The notes: generated by a model not told the origin, from the letters alone. A stretch of 64,000 nt of DNA from Candidatus Omnitrophota bacterium (GCA_035403965.1 DAONGE010000001.1:11475-75474); one strand, 5' to 3'; positions 9,501 to 18,658 are shown, numbered from the stretch's first letter. Numbers and translations: made by a program.

Positions 9501-11837
9501 TTTACGATCAATAAAGCCAACAATGCCTGCGAAAAATTCCTTGGTATGAAAATCGGCGAAATTATCGGGCAAAAGTGTCATTTTCTGATGCATAAATTAA
9601 GCAAGGCGTTTGACGGATGTCCGTATGAAAAAATGATGCTGAGCTCAAAACGTGAATCGACCGAACTTTTTATTCCGGAAAAGAACATGTGGGCGCAGAT
9701 CCTAGTTGATCCGATATTCGACGAGAAAGGCAAAGTGGCCGGCGGGGTGCATGTCCTCAGGGATATTACGGCAAGGCGAAAAGCGGAAGAAGGAATGAGG
9801 GAGTCTATACAGCGTTTACGTGATATCATCAACTTTTTACCTGATGCCACGTTTGTTATCGATCTTGAGGGAAAAGTCATCGCGTGGAACAGGGCAATGG
9901 AAAAAATGGTCGGTGTAAAAGAAAAAGAAGTTCTCGGTAAAGGGAATTATGAGTATTCGTTGCCGTTTTATAACGAACGGCGTCCGATACTTATAGATCT
10001 TGTTTTTGAGAATATTGACGTAGTCAAGAAAAAATATTCTTTTGTAAAAAACGACGGATCGGCTTTATACGGAGAGAGTTTCAGTCCGGCTATGGACGGC
10101 GGTGTCGGCGCTTACGTATGGGGGAAAGCCCAGCCGTTATATGATTCCAGCGGAAAAATAGTGGGTGCGATCGAAAGTGTACGTGACGTTACGCATATCA
10201 AAAAAGCCGAAGAGGAGCTTATCCGTGCCAAGAACGCCGCGGAGTTAGCTAACAAAGCCAAAGGTGAATTTTTAGCGAATATGAGCCATGAAGTTCGTAC
10301 ACCGCTGCATGGAATCATTGGTTTTTCAGAGATCATACTTAGCGCCACATCCATGGAAACGGCCAAGGCATCCGCGCACACGATACTTGAGCAATCCCAA
10401 CATCTTTTAGGTCTTGTGAACGCTCTGCTGGATAATGTCAGACTGGCGGCCGGTAGATTAGTTCTGGACCAGAAACCGTTCTCTCTTGTTAAAATGCTGG
10501 ATCTTATAAAGAATATGGCGGAAGTTTCTACCTATAAAAAAGGACTCGCGTTAGAAGTGAAAATAGATCAGAACGTGCCGAATAATATTATCGGCGACGA
10601 GTTAAGGATAAGGCAGGTTATATATAATATCGTCGGGAACGCCATAAAATTCACCGATAAGGGAAGGATAACAATACATGTAACAGGAAAGAAGCTTAAT
10701 GATAAAAAATCATATGTAACTTTTATGATAAAAGATACTGGCATAGGTATCCCGAAGGAAAAACGATCCGTTGTTTTCGAAAAATTCGGGCAGATAGATA
10801 CAAGTAACGCCAGAAAATACGGCGGTGCCGGACTTGGTGTAAGTATTTCCCGGCAGATAGTGGATCTCATGGGAGGGGAGATATATTTTGAGGACAATAC
10901 CGACGGACCGGGGACGACTTTCTATATAAACATACCGTTTATTTCCGGGATAGGGAACGAAGATCTGATGGCCCATGCCCAGCCGAGAAAGCAGAGCAAA
11001 CCCTTTACAGGGAAAAGAAATATTCTTTTGGTCGAGGACTACCCTATAAATCAGATAATCGCCAAGGAACATTTGACCCAGGCCGGATACGACGTCTTGA
11101 TAGCGCAGGACGGGGCAAGCGCGCTTGAAATATGCAGAAAGCAGAAGATCGACCTGATTCTCATGGATATACAGCTTCCGGATAAGGACGGCTTCGAGGT
11201 TACCAGAGAAATAAGAAAAAGCGAAATGTCCTGTTCAAATGTTCCTATATTGGCGATGACCGCCAGCGCGGACGCTGAGTCGCATGAACAGTGTATGCGG
11301 GCCGGGATGAATGATGTTATAACAAAACCGATATTTCGGGATAAATTCATAGGGGTCGTGGATCAATGGATGGAAATTACCAGGCCTGAGGAGGAAGCTA
11401 AACCTGTTGGGACGGATTCTGCTGGCATTGCCCCAGAAAAAGTACAGGAAGATAAGAATAAAACTGACAGCGTTCCTCTGACGTCCGGCGCGGGCGATCC
11501 GATGGATTATCAGAAAGCTCTTGTGGAATTTGCCGGGAACGGGCATCTTTTGAAGAGCGCTATGCACAGTTTTATAAGGAATGTTGAAGATGAGATGGCT
11601 GGACTTAAAGAATCGATAGACAAAAAAGATCTTGAAAAGATAGCCCGCATGATGCATAAAATGCGCGGGGGCGCGGCCAACCTGACGGCGATGAGAATGG
11701 CCGGAGTGGCTGAGAAAATGGAAGACTCCGCGAAAAACGGCAAGCTGGAGGAAGTGAATGGCTGTCTTCCAGCGTTTCAGCAAGAGGTCGATATGCTGAA
11801 GGGATTTATTACGCGTAAACTGGGAGAAATGATATAA
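6504..11837 (+). CDS. hybrid sensor histidine kinase (7TM N-terminal domain, sensor region, ~8 PAS/PAC repeats, HisKA, HATPase_c, receiver, C-terminal HPt)
   Basis: N-terminal multi-TM region. Repeated PAS-like units, each followed by a DITxRKKAEE junction. H-box MSHEVRTPLHGIIGF (~10281), N-box NAIKFT, G1 DTGIGIP, G2 GGAGLGVS. Receiver ILLVEDYPINQ..DLILMDIQLPDKDG. HPt MHKMRGGAANL. Confidence 0.85.
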   Translation: MNIQNIMDVVIWQKDYIMFAEGFFFLLISVVTCLLYNYEKREIGWNWFSVYTGMHAVLLFAGVVMISVNEPPWCAFLRQMLNLISYFFLIEFARVSYCKKNKVNSVPWIYLVIFPILIIAENFRIIDLWTGGTQILKIAGAFFSGWTLWRFSLGKDEKKRRVLQPIAVIFVILALIEWVVATKLYFLPRNSTADALDPLNVVFSVLAIEILFSSAAMVLLWKYYYVIRKEKLPGCWKNINREIRVMVGSIAVIIIAGWYLAQQKGELTDNEEKEQLYSHALLAAKAFPAEDILRLTGTLRDMQWGGYHKIRHQLKRICTELPRCRFAYIFGEKENDIIFLADSESLTSSDFSQPGQVYLEASQALKDIFKTGSGIIEGPMADRWGVFVSALIPIHYEGKVIAVFGVDVDATRWHKIVFQERGMRMFITALALILLLSFFVYRQMEEESKELLSISKDILAKSEERFRSLVSNLPGAVYRCANDGKWTMSFLSKTIEDLTGYPVSDFIGNSVRSYADLIYPEDEEMVNKLVREDDRNFALEYRIIHRDGTIRWIYERGIGIKGTSGTIEYLDGVMLDITGQKMAAEALAQSEALKASILDSIGHAVIIVENRIIKYANNGFKNVFGWEPDEVIGKSAQILYASDEIYESVEDKIYRPLATKNKHVEEMQCVRKDGCGIICRISTSKIGNDFTNRKVVGIIEDVTDIKNAQEALNKALQDYTTLVTNVPGIVYKIKMDMYGKFKFLYASDAFSKFGIAAKDLVEDADKAFGKIYPDDLVRVIETSKISASEMSLWELEFRIVADKGEIKWLYGKAVPNKDANGEVVWDGILMDVTERKKVEERLEEAQILLKAAITQSSFGIVVVDAKKKVSFSNVAAEQIRMDVGLSFEDETRTKEWSAYHPDGETKYLKEELPLVLAVDKGIISEDIEIVIKHKTKEERWLSVSAAPIRNNEGVIIAGIALFNDITDRKKAERKLRNTLEEWRATFNAVSDLMFVLDKDFTINKANNACEKFLGMKIGEIIGQKCHFLMHKLSKAFDGCPYEKMMLSSKRESTELFIPEKNMWAQILVDPIFDEKGKVAGGVHVLRDITARRKAEEGMRESIQRLRDIINFLPDATFVIDLEGKVIAWNRAMEKMVGVKEKEVLGKGNYEYSLPFYNERRPILIDLVFENIDVVKKKYSFVKNDGSALYGESFSPAMDGGVGAYVWGKAQPLYDSSGKIVGAIESVRDVTHIKKAEEELIRAKNAAELANKAKGEFLANMSHEVRTPLHGIIGFSEIILSATSMETAKASAHTILEQSQHLLGLVNALLDNVRLAAGRLVLDQKPFSLVKMLDLIKNMAEVSTYKKGLALEVKIDQNVPNNIIGDELRIRQVIYNIVGNAIKFTDKGRITIHVTGKKLNDKKSYVTFMIKDTGIGIPKEKRSVVFEKFGQIDTSNARKYGGAGLGVSISRQIVDLMGGEIYFEDNTDGPGTTFYINIPFISGIGNEDLMAHAQPRKQSKPFTGKRNILLVEDYPINQIIAKEHLTQAGYDVLIAQDGASALEICRKQKIDLILMDIQLPDKDGFEVTREIRKSEMSCSNVPILAMTASADAESHEQCMRAGMNDVITKPIFRDKFIGVVDQWMEITRPEEEAKPVGTDSAGIAPEKVQEDKNKTDSVPLTSGAGDPMDYQKALVEFAGNGHLLKSAMHSFIRNVEDEMAGLKESIDKKDLEKIARMMHKMRGGAANLTAMRMAGVAEKMEDSAKNGKLEEVNGCLPAFQQEVDMLKGFITRKLGEMI

Positions 11838-11874
11838 TAATTCATGTGTGTATCGTGAAATAAAAGGGGGAACA

Positions 11875-12273
11875 ATGAAGAATATGCGTATATTGATTGT
11901 TGACGATGACTACATTTCCCGGACGAAACTTAAAGGTGTGCTGAGCGCGCACGGTGACTGTGACAGTGCCCCGGACGGGGATATCGCTCTTCAGCTTTTC
12001 GCGAAAGCACATAAAGAAAAAATGCCGTACGATCTTATTACCGTCGATATTGAAATGGAAGGGATGAACGGTCAGGAACTGGTGCATCTTTTAAGGGCCT
12101 GGGAAGAAAAGAACGGTATACAGGATCCGGCTAAGGTAAAGGTAATCATGATCACCGTCAAAAAAGAGATAAAGGAAGTAACGAAATCCTTTTTTGAAGG
12201 ATGCAATGCCTATTGTGCCAAGCCTATTACTCCCGAAGCGATATTAAAGGCCCTGGGAGAAATAAAAAGTTAA
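11875..12273 (+). CDS. stand-alone response regulator receiver domain protein (CheY-like)
   Basis: MRILIVDDD..DLITVDIEMEGMNG..VIMIT..AKP carries the receiver-fold acidic pocket and phospho-acceptor Asp. GGGGGA RBS lies upstream of ATG 11875. Directly downstream of the hybrid kinase. Confidence 0.8.
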   Translation: MKNMRILIVDDDYISRTKLKGVLSAHGDCDSAPDGDIALQLFAKAHKEKMPYDLITVDIEMEGMNGQELVHLLRAWEEKNGIQDPAKVKVIMITVKKEIKEVTKSFFEGCNAYCAKPITPEAILKALGEIKS

Positions 12274-12344
12274 CGGTTCAAATATCATTTTCAGCCTTGT
12301 TTTGCAGACCTATTTGCATTGAAATTAGGCAGAATATTTGCTAT

Positions 12345-12353
12345 AATTCGGCA
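12345..12353 (+). promoter_or_regulatory. extended -10 element (TGcTATAAT) upstream of carB
   Basis: TTTGCTATAATTCGG is visible in the sequence. No good -35 at canonical spacing. Confidence 0.3.
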
Positions 12354-12481
12354 AATAGATCGGCGATAATGGAACCGCATATATGCAATACCATAGAAAT
12401 ACAGTACCCCAAAAGTCTGAGTTTATCAGGTCTTCAGAGTGAAACCGTTTTTATTCTACAATTCCTATCCAAGGAGGAGCT

Positions 12482-15400
12482 ATGCCCAGGCGTGAAGATA
12501 TCCACAAAATAATTATCATCGGATCAGGTCCAATAATAATAGGACAGGCGTGTGAATTCGATTATTCAGGGACTCAGGCCTGTAAAGCCCTGCGTAAAGA
12601 GGGATATCAGATAGTTCTCGTCAATTCTAATCCCGCGACTATTATGACAGATCCTGAAATGGCCGATCGGACGTATATCGAGCCGCTTACAGTGGAAAGC
12701 CTCGAAAGGATAATTGCGAAAGAAAAACCGGACGCGCTTTTGCCGAATCTCGGCGGACAGACCGGGCTTAATCTCGCTTCGGCGCTTAACAAAGCCGGTG
12801 TTCTGAAAAAATACAACGTGGAAGTGATAGGGGTTAAACTAGACGCGATAGAACGGGGAGAAGACAGAGAGGTTTTTAAGGCGACCATGAAACAGCTCGG
12901 TATACCGGTTCCGGCGTCGGAGATAGCTCATTCCGTCGAGGATGCCGAGGCAATAGCGAGTAAATTAAAATACCCTGTGGTCATACGTCCCGCGTACACA
13001 ATGGGCGGCACAGGTGGCGGGATAGTTTATAACGTCGAGGAATTGAGGACGGTAGCTACAAGAGGTCTGGCGCTAAGTCTTGTGCATCAAGTATTGGTTG
13101 AAGAAGCCGTTATCGGCTGGGAAGAACTGGAGCTTGAGGTCGTTCGTGACGCCAAGGGACAGAAGATCACGGTATGCTTCATAGAGAATATCGACGCGAT
13201 GGGAGTTCATACCGGAGACAGTTTTTGCGTGGCGCCTATGCTGACCGTATCTAAGGATCTTCAGAAAAAACTGCAGGAATATTCATATAAAATAGTCGAC
13301 GCTATCGGTGTTATCGGTGGGACCAATGTGCAATTCGCGCATAATAAACAGGACGGGCGTATCGTCGTGATAGAGATAAACCCCAGGACATCGCGGTCTT
13401 CGGCGCTTGCGTCGAAGGCAACCGGTTTTCCGATAGCGATGGTCTCTACCCGCCTTGCCAGCGGCATAACGATGGATGAGATCCCGTACTGGAGAAAAGG
13501 GACGCTTGAGAAGTATGAACCGTGGGGTGATTATGTTGTTATAAAATTCGCACGGTGGGCTTTTGAGAAATTCCCTAAAGCGAAAGATACGCTTGGTACT
13601 CAAATGAAAGCCGTTGGAGAGGTAATGAGTATAGGGAAAAATTTCAAAGAAGCTTTTCAGAAATCCATACGCTCACTTGAAACCGGAAGATACGGTGTCG
13701 GCGGAGCTAAGAATTTCGGGACACTTTTGCTAGACGAATTAAAGATGCGTCTTGCCGCTCCATCCAGCGAGCGGATATTCCTTATGTACGAAGCGCTTCG
13801 TAAAGGCATGTCTCCGGAAGAATTGCATAAAATGACGCATATCGGCGTGTGGTTCATTAAAGAGATGAATGAACTGGTGGGTTTTGAAGAAGAGATAAAA
13901 AAATACCAGTGGAATAAACTGCCGGACGAAAAACTTATCAAAGCCAAAGAGTGGGGTTTTTCGGACAGGTATCTCGCCGGGCTTTTAAAAGTCACCGAAA
14001 AAGAGGTCAGGCAAAAACGTGTTTCGCTCGGGAAAATAGCCAGATATGAGGCCGTTCCAGTCAGCGGCGTAGAGAACGCTGCGTATTATTTTTCGACGTA
14101 TAGTTCCGGTAAAGACGAAGTGCCGGTGTCTAAAAATAAAAAAGTACTGGTTCTTGGCGGCGGGCCGAACCGTATCGGTCAGGGGATAGAATTCGATTAT
14201 ACCTGTGTTCACGCGGCTTTTGCCCTGCGCAAGGAAGGGTATGAATCGATAATGATAAACTGTAATCCCGAGACGGTGTCGACGGATTACGATACGTCTA
14301 ACAAATTATATTTCGAGCCGCTTACGGTAGAAGACGTTCTTGCTATATACGAAAAAGAAAAACCGGAAGGGGTCATCGTTCAGTTTGGCGGTCAGACGCC
14401 TTTGAACATAGCGCAGGAACTTAAAGATAACGGCGTGAAAATTTTGGGAACGACGCCGGAAAGCATAGCCTTCGCGGAGGACAGAGAACTATTTAGACAG
14501 AAAATGATAGAACTGAATATCCCGCAGCCGGAAAGCGGTACGGCGCGGTCTCTTGACGAAGCCGTGAATATAGCAAAAAAGATAGGATATCCTCTTATGG
14601 TGAGACCTTCGTTCGTTCTAGGCGGACGCGGGATGGAGATCATTTACGAGGAAGAGAGACTTAAAAAATACGCGGTTGAGGCGATCAATGTGCGCCCCGA
14701 ATACCCGATGTTGATAGACCGTTTTCTTGAGAACGCGCTGGAAACCGAAGTCGACGCACTGAGTGACGGCGAGAATGCGTATATCGCCGCAATAATGGAG
14801 CATATCGAATACGCCGGGATACATTCCGGAGATTCGGCGTGTGTGCTTCCGTCAAGAACGATAAAACCGGAACACATCGAGATGATAAAAAAATATACCA
14901 GAGCTATCGCTAAAGAACTGAAGGTCATTGGGCTTATGAACATTCAATACGCGATCTGTGATAACAAGGTTTATATCCTTGAGGCTAATCCCAGAGCGTC
15001 GAGAACGGTACCGATAGTGGCGAAGATCACGGGATATTCCATCGCGGCGATAGCGACGCAGCTTATGGTAGGAAAAAAATTCAAAGACTTTCCGTATTTG
15101 AAAGAGATCGATAAACTTCCATATATGGGAGTGAAAGAGGCCATGTTCCCGTTCAATATGTTCCCCGAAGTGGACCCGGTGCTTGGTCCGGAGATGAAGG
15201 CTACGGGAGAGGTTATGGGGCTCGCGTCGACATTTGGCGAAGCGTTCTATAAAGCGCAGGAATCGACGGGGATGCGCCTGCCTCTGAGCGGAAACGCGCT
15301 TCTTACAATAAGCGATCCTTATAAAAAAGAATTATTGCCGGTCGCGAAAAAACTTCAGTCGCTAGGATTCAATATTTTAGCTACCGAGAACACGCTGAAA

Positions 15401-15688
15401 TTCCTTAAAGATAACGGGATCCCTGGAACGTTCATTAATAAGATCCACGAAGGCCGGCCGAACATAACTGACGCAATAAAAAACAAAGAGATAAATCTTA
15501 TCATAAATACTCCGGTCGGGAGAAATAGTAAATTCGATGACAGCTATATTCGCATCATGGCTATACAGCATAAAGTGCCATATATCACCACAATGGCCGC
15601 GGCACGGGCAAGCATTGAAGCGATAGAATGCATGAAGAGCGGGAAAATCGAAGTTCGCGCGTTGCAGGACTATCATCCTAAAAAATAA
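12482..15688 (+). CDS. carB: carbamoyl-phosphate synthase large subunit
   Basis: Canonical CarB N-terminus KIIIIGSGPIIIGQACEFDYSGTQACKALRKEGYQIVLVNSNPATIMTD. Duplicated ATP-grasp halves (second at VLVLGGGPNRIGQGIEFDYTCVHA). MGS-like C-terminal domain. 1,068 aa. Confidence 0.95.
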   Translation: MPRREDIHKIIIIGSGPIIIGQACEFDYSGTQACKALRKEGYQIVLVNSNPATIMTDPEMADRTYIEPLTVESLERIIAKEKPDALLPNLGGQTGLNLASALNKAGVLKKYNVEVIGVKLDAIERGEDREVFKATMKQLGIPVPASEIAHSVEDAEAIASKLKYPVVIRPAYTMGGTGGGIVYNVEELRTVATRGLALSLVHQVLVEEAVIGWEELELEVVRDAKGQKITVCFIENIDAMGVHTGDSFCVAPMLTVSKDLQKKLQEYSYKIVDAIGVIGGTNVQFAHNKQDGRIVVIEINPRTSRSSALASKATGFPIAMVSTRLASGITMDEIPYWRKGTLEKYEPWGDYVVIKFARWAFEKFPKAKDTLGTQMKAVGEVMSIGKNFKEAFQKSIRSLETGRYGVGGAKNFGTLLLDELKMRLAAPSSERIFLMYEALRKGMSPEELHKMTHIGVWFIKEMNELVGFEEEIKKYQWNKLPDEKLIKAKEWGFSDRYLAGLLKVTEKEVRQKRVSLGKIARYEAVPVSGVENAAYYFSTYSSGKDEVPVSKNKKVLVLGGGPNRIGQGIEFDYTCVHAAFALRKEGYESIMINCNPETVSTDYDTSNKLYFEPLTVEDVLAIYEKEKPEGVIVQFGGQTPLNIAQELKDNGVKILGTTPESIAFAEDRELFRQKMIELNIPQPESGTARSLDEAVNIAKKIGYPLMVRPSFVLGGRGMEIIYEEERLKKYAVEAINVRPEYPMLIDRFLENALETEVDALSDGENAYIAAIMEHIEYAGIHSGDSACVLPSRTIKPEHIEMIKKYTRAIAKELKVIGLMNIQYAICDNKVYILEANPRASRTVPIVAKITGYSIAAIATQLMVGKKFKDFPYLKEIDKLPYMGVKEAMFPFNMFPEVDPVLGPEMKATGEVMGLASTFGEAFYKAQESTGMRLPLSGNALLTISDPYKKELLPVAKKLQSLGFNILATENTLKFLKDNGIPGTFINKIHEGRPNITDAIKNKEINLIINTPVGRNSKFDDSYIRIMAIQHKVPYITTMAAARASIEAIECMKSGKIEVRALQDYHPKK

Positions 15689-15699
15689 TGGCAAATCGG

Positions 15700-15860
15700 G
15701 GACGTTTCTAAAAATGATCTTAGAATCGTCCCCGATCCAATCCTAGAGCTGTCCCATTTCCGATCTTAGAGGTGTTCCAGAATCAATCTCAGACCTGTCC
15801 CCTGATAAAACAACAATTCCGTCCTGTGTAATTTTCTCCGGGGCAAAACTTAATCTTAGA
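15700..15860. repeat. tandem ~23-bp degenerate direct repeats (unit ATCYYAGANNYGTYCC), reverse-complement of the linker-coding minisatellite inside giant gene 2
   Basis: Units: ATCTTAGAATCGTCCCC (15728), ATCCTAGAGCTGTCCC (15752), ATCTTAGAGGTGTTCC (15775), ATCTCAGACCTGTCCCC (15798), plus partial units at 15700 and 15850. The reverse complement GGGGACAGGTCTGAGATTGATTCTGG matches 24/26 of GGGGACAGGTCTGGGATTGATTCCGG at 56930-56955. Confidence 0.6.
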
Positions 15861-15903
15861 CATTTATTTTTCGAAGCATCAAATATTATGATAAAATTAT
15901 TTT

Positions 15904-17253
15904 ATGAATCCCGCCAGAATACATATACTAAAGGAAGGCTTTGCGGGTACAGGCCCTGTTGTCTACTGGATGAGCCGTGACCAGAGGCTCAAGGATAATT
16001 GGGCACTTGTTCATGCGCAAGAACTCGCGATAAAGAGAAAAGTTCCCCTCGTTGTTGTGTTTTGTCTTGTAAAAAATTTTCTGGGTGCCACAATACGGCA
16101 ATATGGTTTCATGCTGAAAGGGCTAGAAGAACTCGAAAGATCTTTTAGGGAAAAGAATATTGCTTTTTATGTGCTTACAGGTGATCCGATCGGAGAGATC
16201 CCGCGTTTTTGCGAAAAAACACACGCCGCGATACTCGTAACGGATTTTGACCCGCTTAAAATTAAAAAACACTGGAAAGAAAAAGTATCCAGCAATATAA
16301 GCATTCCTTTTTACGAGGTTGATGCGCATAATATTGTTCCATGTCTTTTCGTTTCGCAAAAATGTGAGTTTTCCGCGCGAACCATCCGCCCAAAAATTAA
16401 AAAAATGCTACCCGAATTTCTTGAAGAATTTCCAGCGGTGAAGAAACATCCGTTCGGAGGGAAGGTGGCGGGGCCTGTTGATTGGAAAAAGATACGGGGA
16501 ACTGTCAGAGAAGATATGTCCGTGAATACCGTGAAGTGGATACTTCCGGGAGAGAGAGCCGCGAGAAAGGTTTTAAAAGATTTTCTAAAAAATAATCTGA
16601 CGGAATATGGGACAAATCGCAACTTTCCGGATAATGACGTACAATCCGGGCTTTCCCCATATCTCCATTTTGGACAGATATCGGCACAGCGAATAGCGCT
16701 GGAGGTTTTGAAAAGCGAAGCCAATGGCGTAGCTAAAGACGTTTTTCTGGAGCAGCTCATAATAAGGCGTGAATTATCGGATAATTATTGTAATTATTGT
16801 GAGGATTATGATAATTCAGCCGGATTCCCGAAGTGGGCGCGTAAAACATTATCCGAACATCGGAAAGACCGACGTACGTACCTTTATTCGTTAAAAGAAT
16901 TTGAAGAGGGACTGACGCACGATGAACTTTGGAACGCGGCTGAACTCGAGATGGTGAAAACCGGGAAAATGCATGGATATATGCGTATGTATTGGTGTAA
17001 AAAAATATTTGAATGGACAAAAACGCCGGAAGATGCCCAACGCTTAGCGATATACCTGAACGATAAATATGAATTGGACGGGCGGGATCCGAACGGATAT
17101 ACCGGAATAGCGTGGTCGATAGGCGGTGTTCATGACCGGGCATGGGCTGAAATGCCGGTGTTCGGGAAGATCAGATATATGAGTTATAACGGGGCGCGAT
17201 CAAAATTCGATATAAAAGCATATATTGCGAAAAACAAGCCAGCAAACCTTTGA
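15904..17253 (+). CDS. phr: deoxyribodipyrimidine photo-lyase, class II (CPD photolyase)
   Basis: N-terminal GPVVYWMSRDQRLKDNWAL. FAD-binding C-terminal domain with GLSPYLHFGQIS, WCKKIFEWT, GYTGIAWSIGGVHDRAW, all class II photolyase sequence. Confidence 0.85.
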   Translation: MNPARIHILKEGFAGTGPVVYWMSRDQRLKDNWALVHAQELAIKRKVPLVVVFCLVKNFLGATIRQYGFMLKGLEELERSFREKNIAFYVLTGDPIGEIPRFCEKTHAAILVTDFDPLKIKKHWKEKVSSNISIPFYEVDAHNIVPCLFVSQKCEFSARTIRPKIKKMLPEFLEEFPAVKKHPFGGKVAGPVDWKKIRGTVREDMSVNTVKWILPGERAARKVLKDFLKNNLTEYGTNRNFPDNDVQSGLSPYLHFGQISAQRIALEVLKSEANGVAKDVFLEQLIIRRELSDNYCNYCEDYDNSAGFPKWARKTLSEHRKDRRTYLYSLKEFEEGLTHDELWNAAELEMVKTGKMHGYMRMYWCKKIFEWTKTPEDAQRLAIYLNDKYELDGRDPNGYTGIAWSIGGVHDRAWAEMPVFGKIRYMSYNGARSKFDIKAYIAKNKPANL

Positions 17254-17264
17254 TCTTGAAGGAA

Positions 17265-18167
17265 TTATTTTTTGAACGCGGAGTAAGCAGAAAATATGTG
17301 CTCTGGGTGGTAAGATAATTTTACTTTTTTGATCTCGATTATTCCGGAGTCGTCCATTACGTTGACGTATTTGCAGTTAAGTTCGCGGCAAAGTGAATTG
17401 AAAATAAATTGTGACAGCCCCTTCACACCGAGGTCTGCAATTTCGTACTGAACGCAAAAAGTGTCCGTGTTCAACATCGTCCCGAATGTGAATGCCTTAA
17501 GTTTTCCGTCGATACGGACTAACCGGCCGATACTGCCCAGATCGGTTGCGTTTTCCAAAAGGCGGTTCAACGCTATAAAGTTATCCTGCATCATGCCGAA
17601 AAAGATCTTTGAATGTTTCTGGTCATTCTTTTCGCGCATCCAAAAGTCATAAAGGGCTAGACATTCGTCCTTGTGTTCGGGGCGGAAAGCAGAATATTCA
17701 TAAGTATTGTTTTTTTCAAAATGGTTTACTAATGCGCGTTTTGCCTTGAATTTATTCCCCGAAAGTGAGGAAAGGCTTTCTCTGAGAGAAACATAATCCG
17801 AAGACATCGGTGCGCATTTGAAACCGAGATCACGGTAAAAGGGAATGTCCTGCTCTTCGATGTTTGCTATTCTGGTGGCGTAAGGAGAATCTTTTGCCGC
17901 GTTTGTTTCAAGCATCATTTCCCAGATATCGTTCAGTTCCGGCGCATCCGGTTTAGAGCCGAGCGGAGGCAGTTGGAGGAACATGCCACTTGTGTCGGTG
18001 AAGAACACATACAGGGTTTTCCCGGACAGGAGAAAATTTATGTCGAAAAGATCTTTCCAGATATAAAGATTACTGAAAGAATATGCCGATAGAGAATGGT
18101 TTTCGACACACAGAAAACTGTCAAAAAGATATTTATCCGAGATCGATAACGGTTTAAGCTCTCTCAT
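17265..18167 (-). CDS. DUF2156-like protein (resembles the C-terminal domain of phosphatidylglycerol lysyltransferase)
   Basis: 300 aa, soluble. N-terminal SAYSFSNLYIWKDLF.. resembles the start of DUF2156. Overlaps the upstream YkgJ-like gene by 4 nt, suggesting an operon. Assignment is from memory of the family consensus and is weak. Confidence 0.35.
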   Translation of the reverse strand: MRELKPLSISDKYLFDSFLCVENHSLSAYSFSNLYIWKDLFDINFLLSGKTLYVFFTDTSGMFLQLPPLGSKPDAPELNDIWEMMLETNAAKDSPYATRIANIEEQDIPFYRDLGFKCAPMSSDYVSLRESLSSLSGNKFKAKRALVNHFEKNNTYEYSAFRPEHKDECLALYDFWMREKNDQKHSKIFFGMMQDNFIALNRLLENATDLGSIGRLVRIDGKLKAFTFGTMLNTDTFCVQYEIADLGVKGLSQFIFNSLCRELNCKYVNVMDDSGIIEIKKVKLSYHPEHIFSAYSAFKK

Positions 18168-18658
18168 TTTAGCGGTATTTGAACAAGGTTGATGACGTTA
18201 TTATAGGAATTCGCAAGATGCATGTTTTTTTTGATGAATTTCACAGTGGCTGGTTCGTTAAGAAAGGCAATGATCCTTTCCGTAAATTTTTTGAACGCCT
18301 TAGACCTCGCATTCTTTTTAACATACGGACAATATGGATCCGCGGCCAGGAATATTTTTTTTCCGTCCAGATTCAAGAGGTATGGGTACAGCCGGCATTC
18401 AAACGGACGAATATCGTACATTTTGCATTTTGAAGTCTCAAAATTAAGGAACCGGCAAAGAAAGATCTCGGCTTCCCTGAGATACGCCGGTTTTATGGTT
18501 TTTCCGTCAAAAAAATCCTCGGGAGCGCCTTTGGCTTTAAGTGCTTTTATCTCGTCCGAAGAAAGGTGGGGTACCCACGCGGAGTTATTCTCAAAGAATT
18601 TACAGCATCCTTTACATTCGAAACAAAATCTACTTGTGACTATCTGAGGTATGTCCAT
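18164..18658 (-). CDS. YkgJ-family (UPF0153) putative Zn/Fe-chelating protein
   Basis: CxxCxxCC signature CFECKGCCKFF near the N-terminus plus downstream Cys residues (CRLYPY, CPYV) characteristic of the YkgJ/FliB-like family. Confidence 0.55.
   Translation of the reverse strand: MDIPQIVTSRFCFECKGCCKFFENNSAWVPHLSSDEIKALKAKGAPEDFFDGKTIKPAYLREAEIFLCRFLNFETSKCKMYDIRPFECRLYPYLLNLDGKKIFLAADPYCPYVKKNARSKAFKKFTERIIAFLNEPATVKFIKKNMHLANSYNNVINLVQIPLK

Noticed and set aside
12201-12512. 103-aa ORF spanning the response-regulator/carB intergenic region
   Set aside because: Overlaps the 3' end of the receiver gene and the carB start and has no RBS. The region is better explained as the carB promoter/leader.
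15700-15860. Possible CRISPR array
   Set aside because: Repeat units are ~16 bp, degenerate, with 6-8-bp spacers. That is far too short for CRISPR and there are no cas genes. It is the minisatellite described in the findings.
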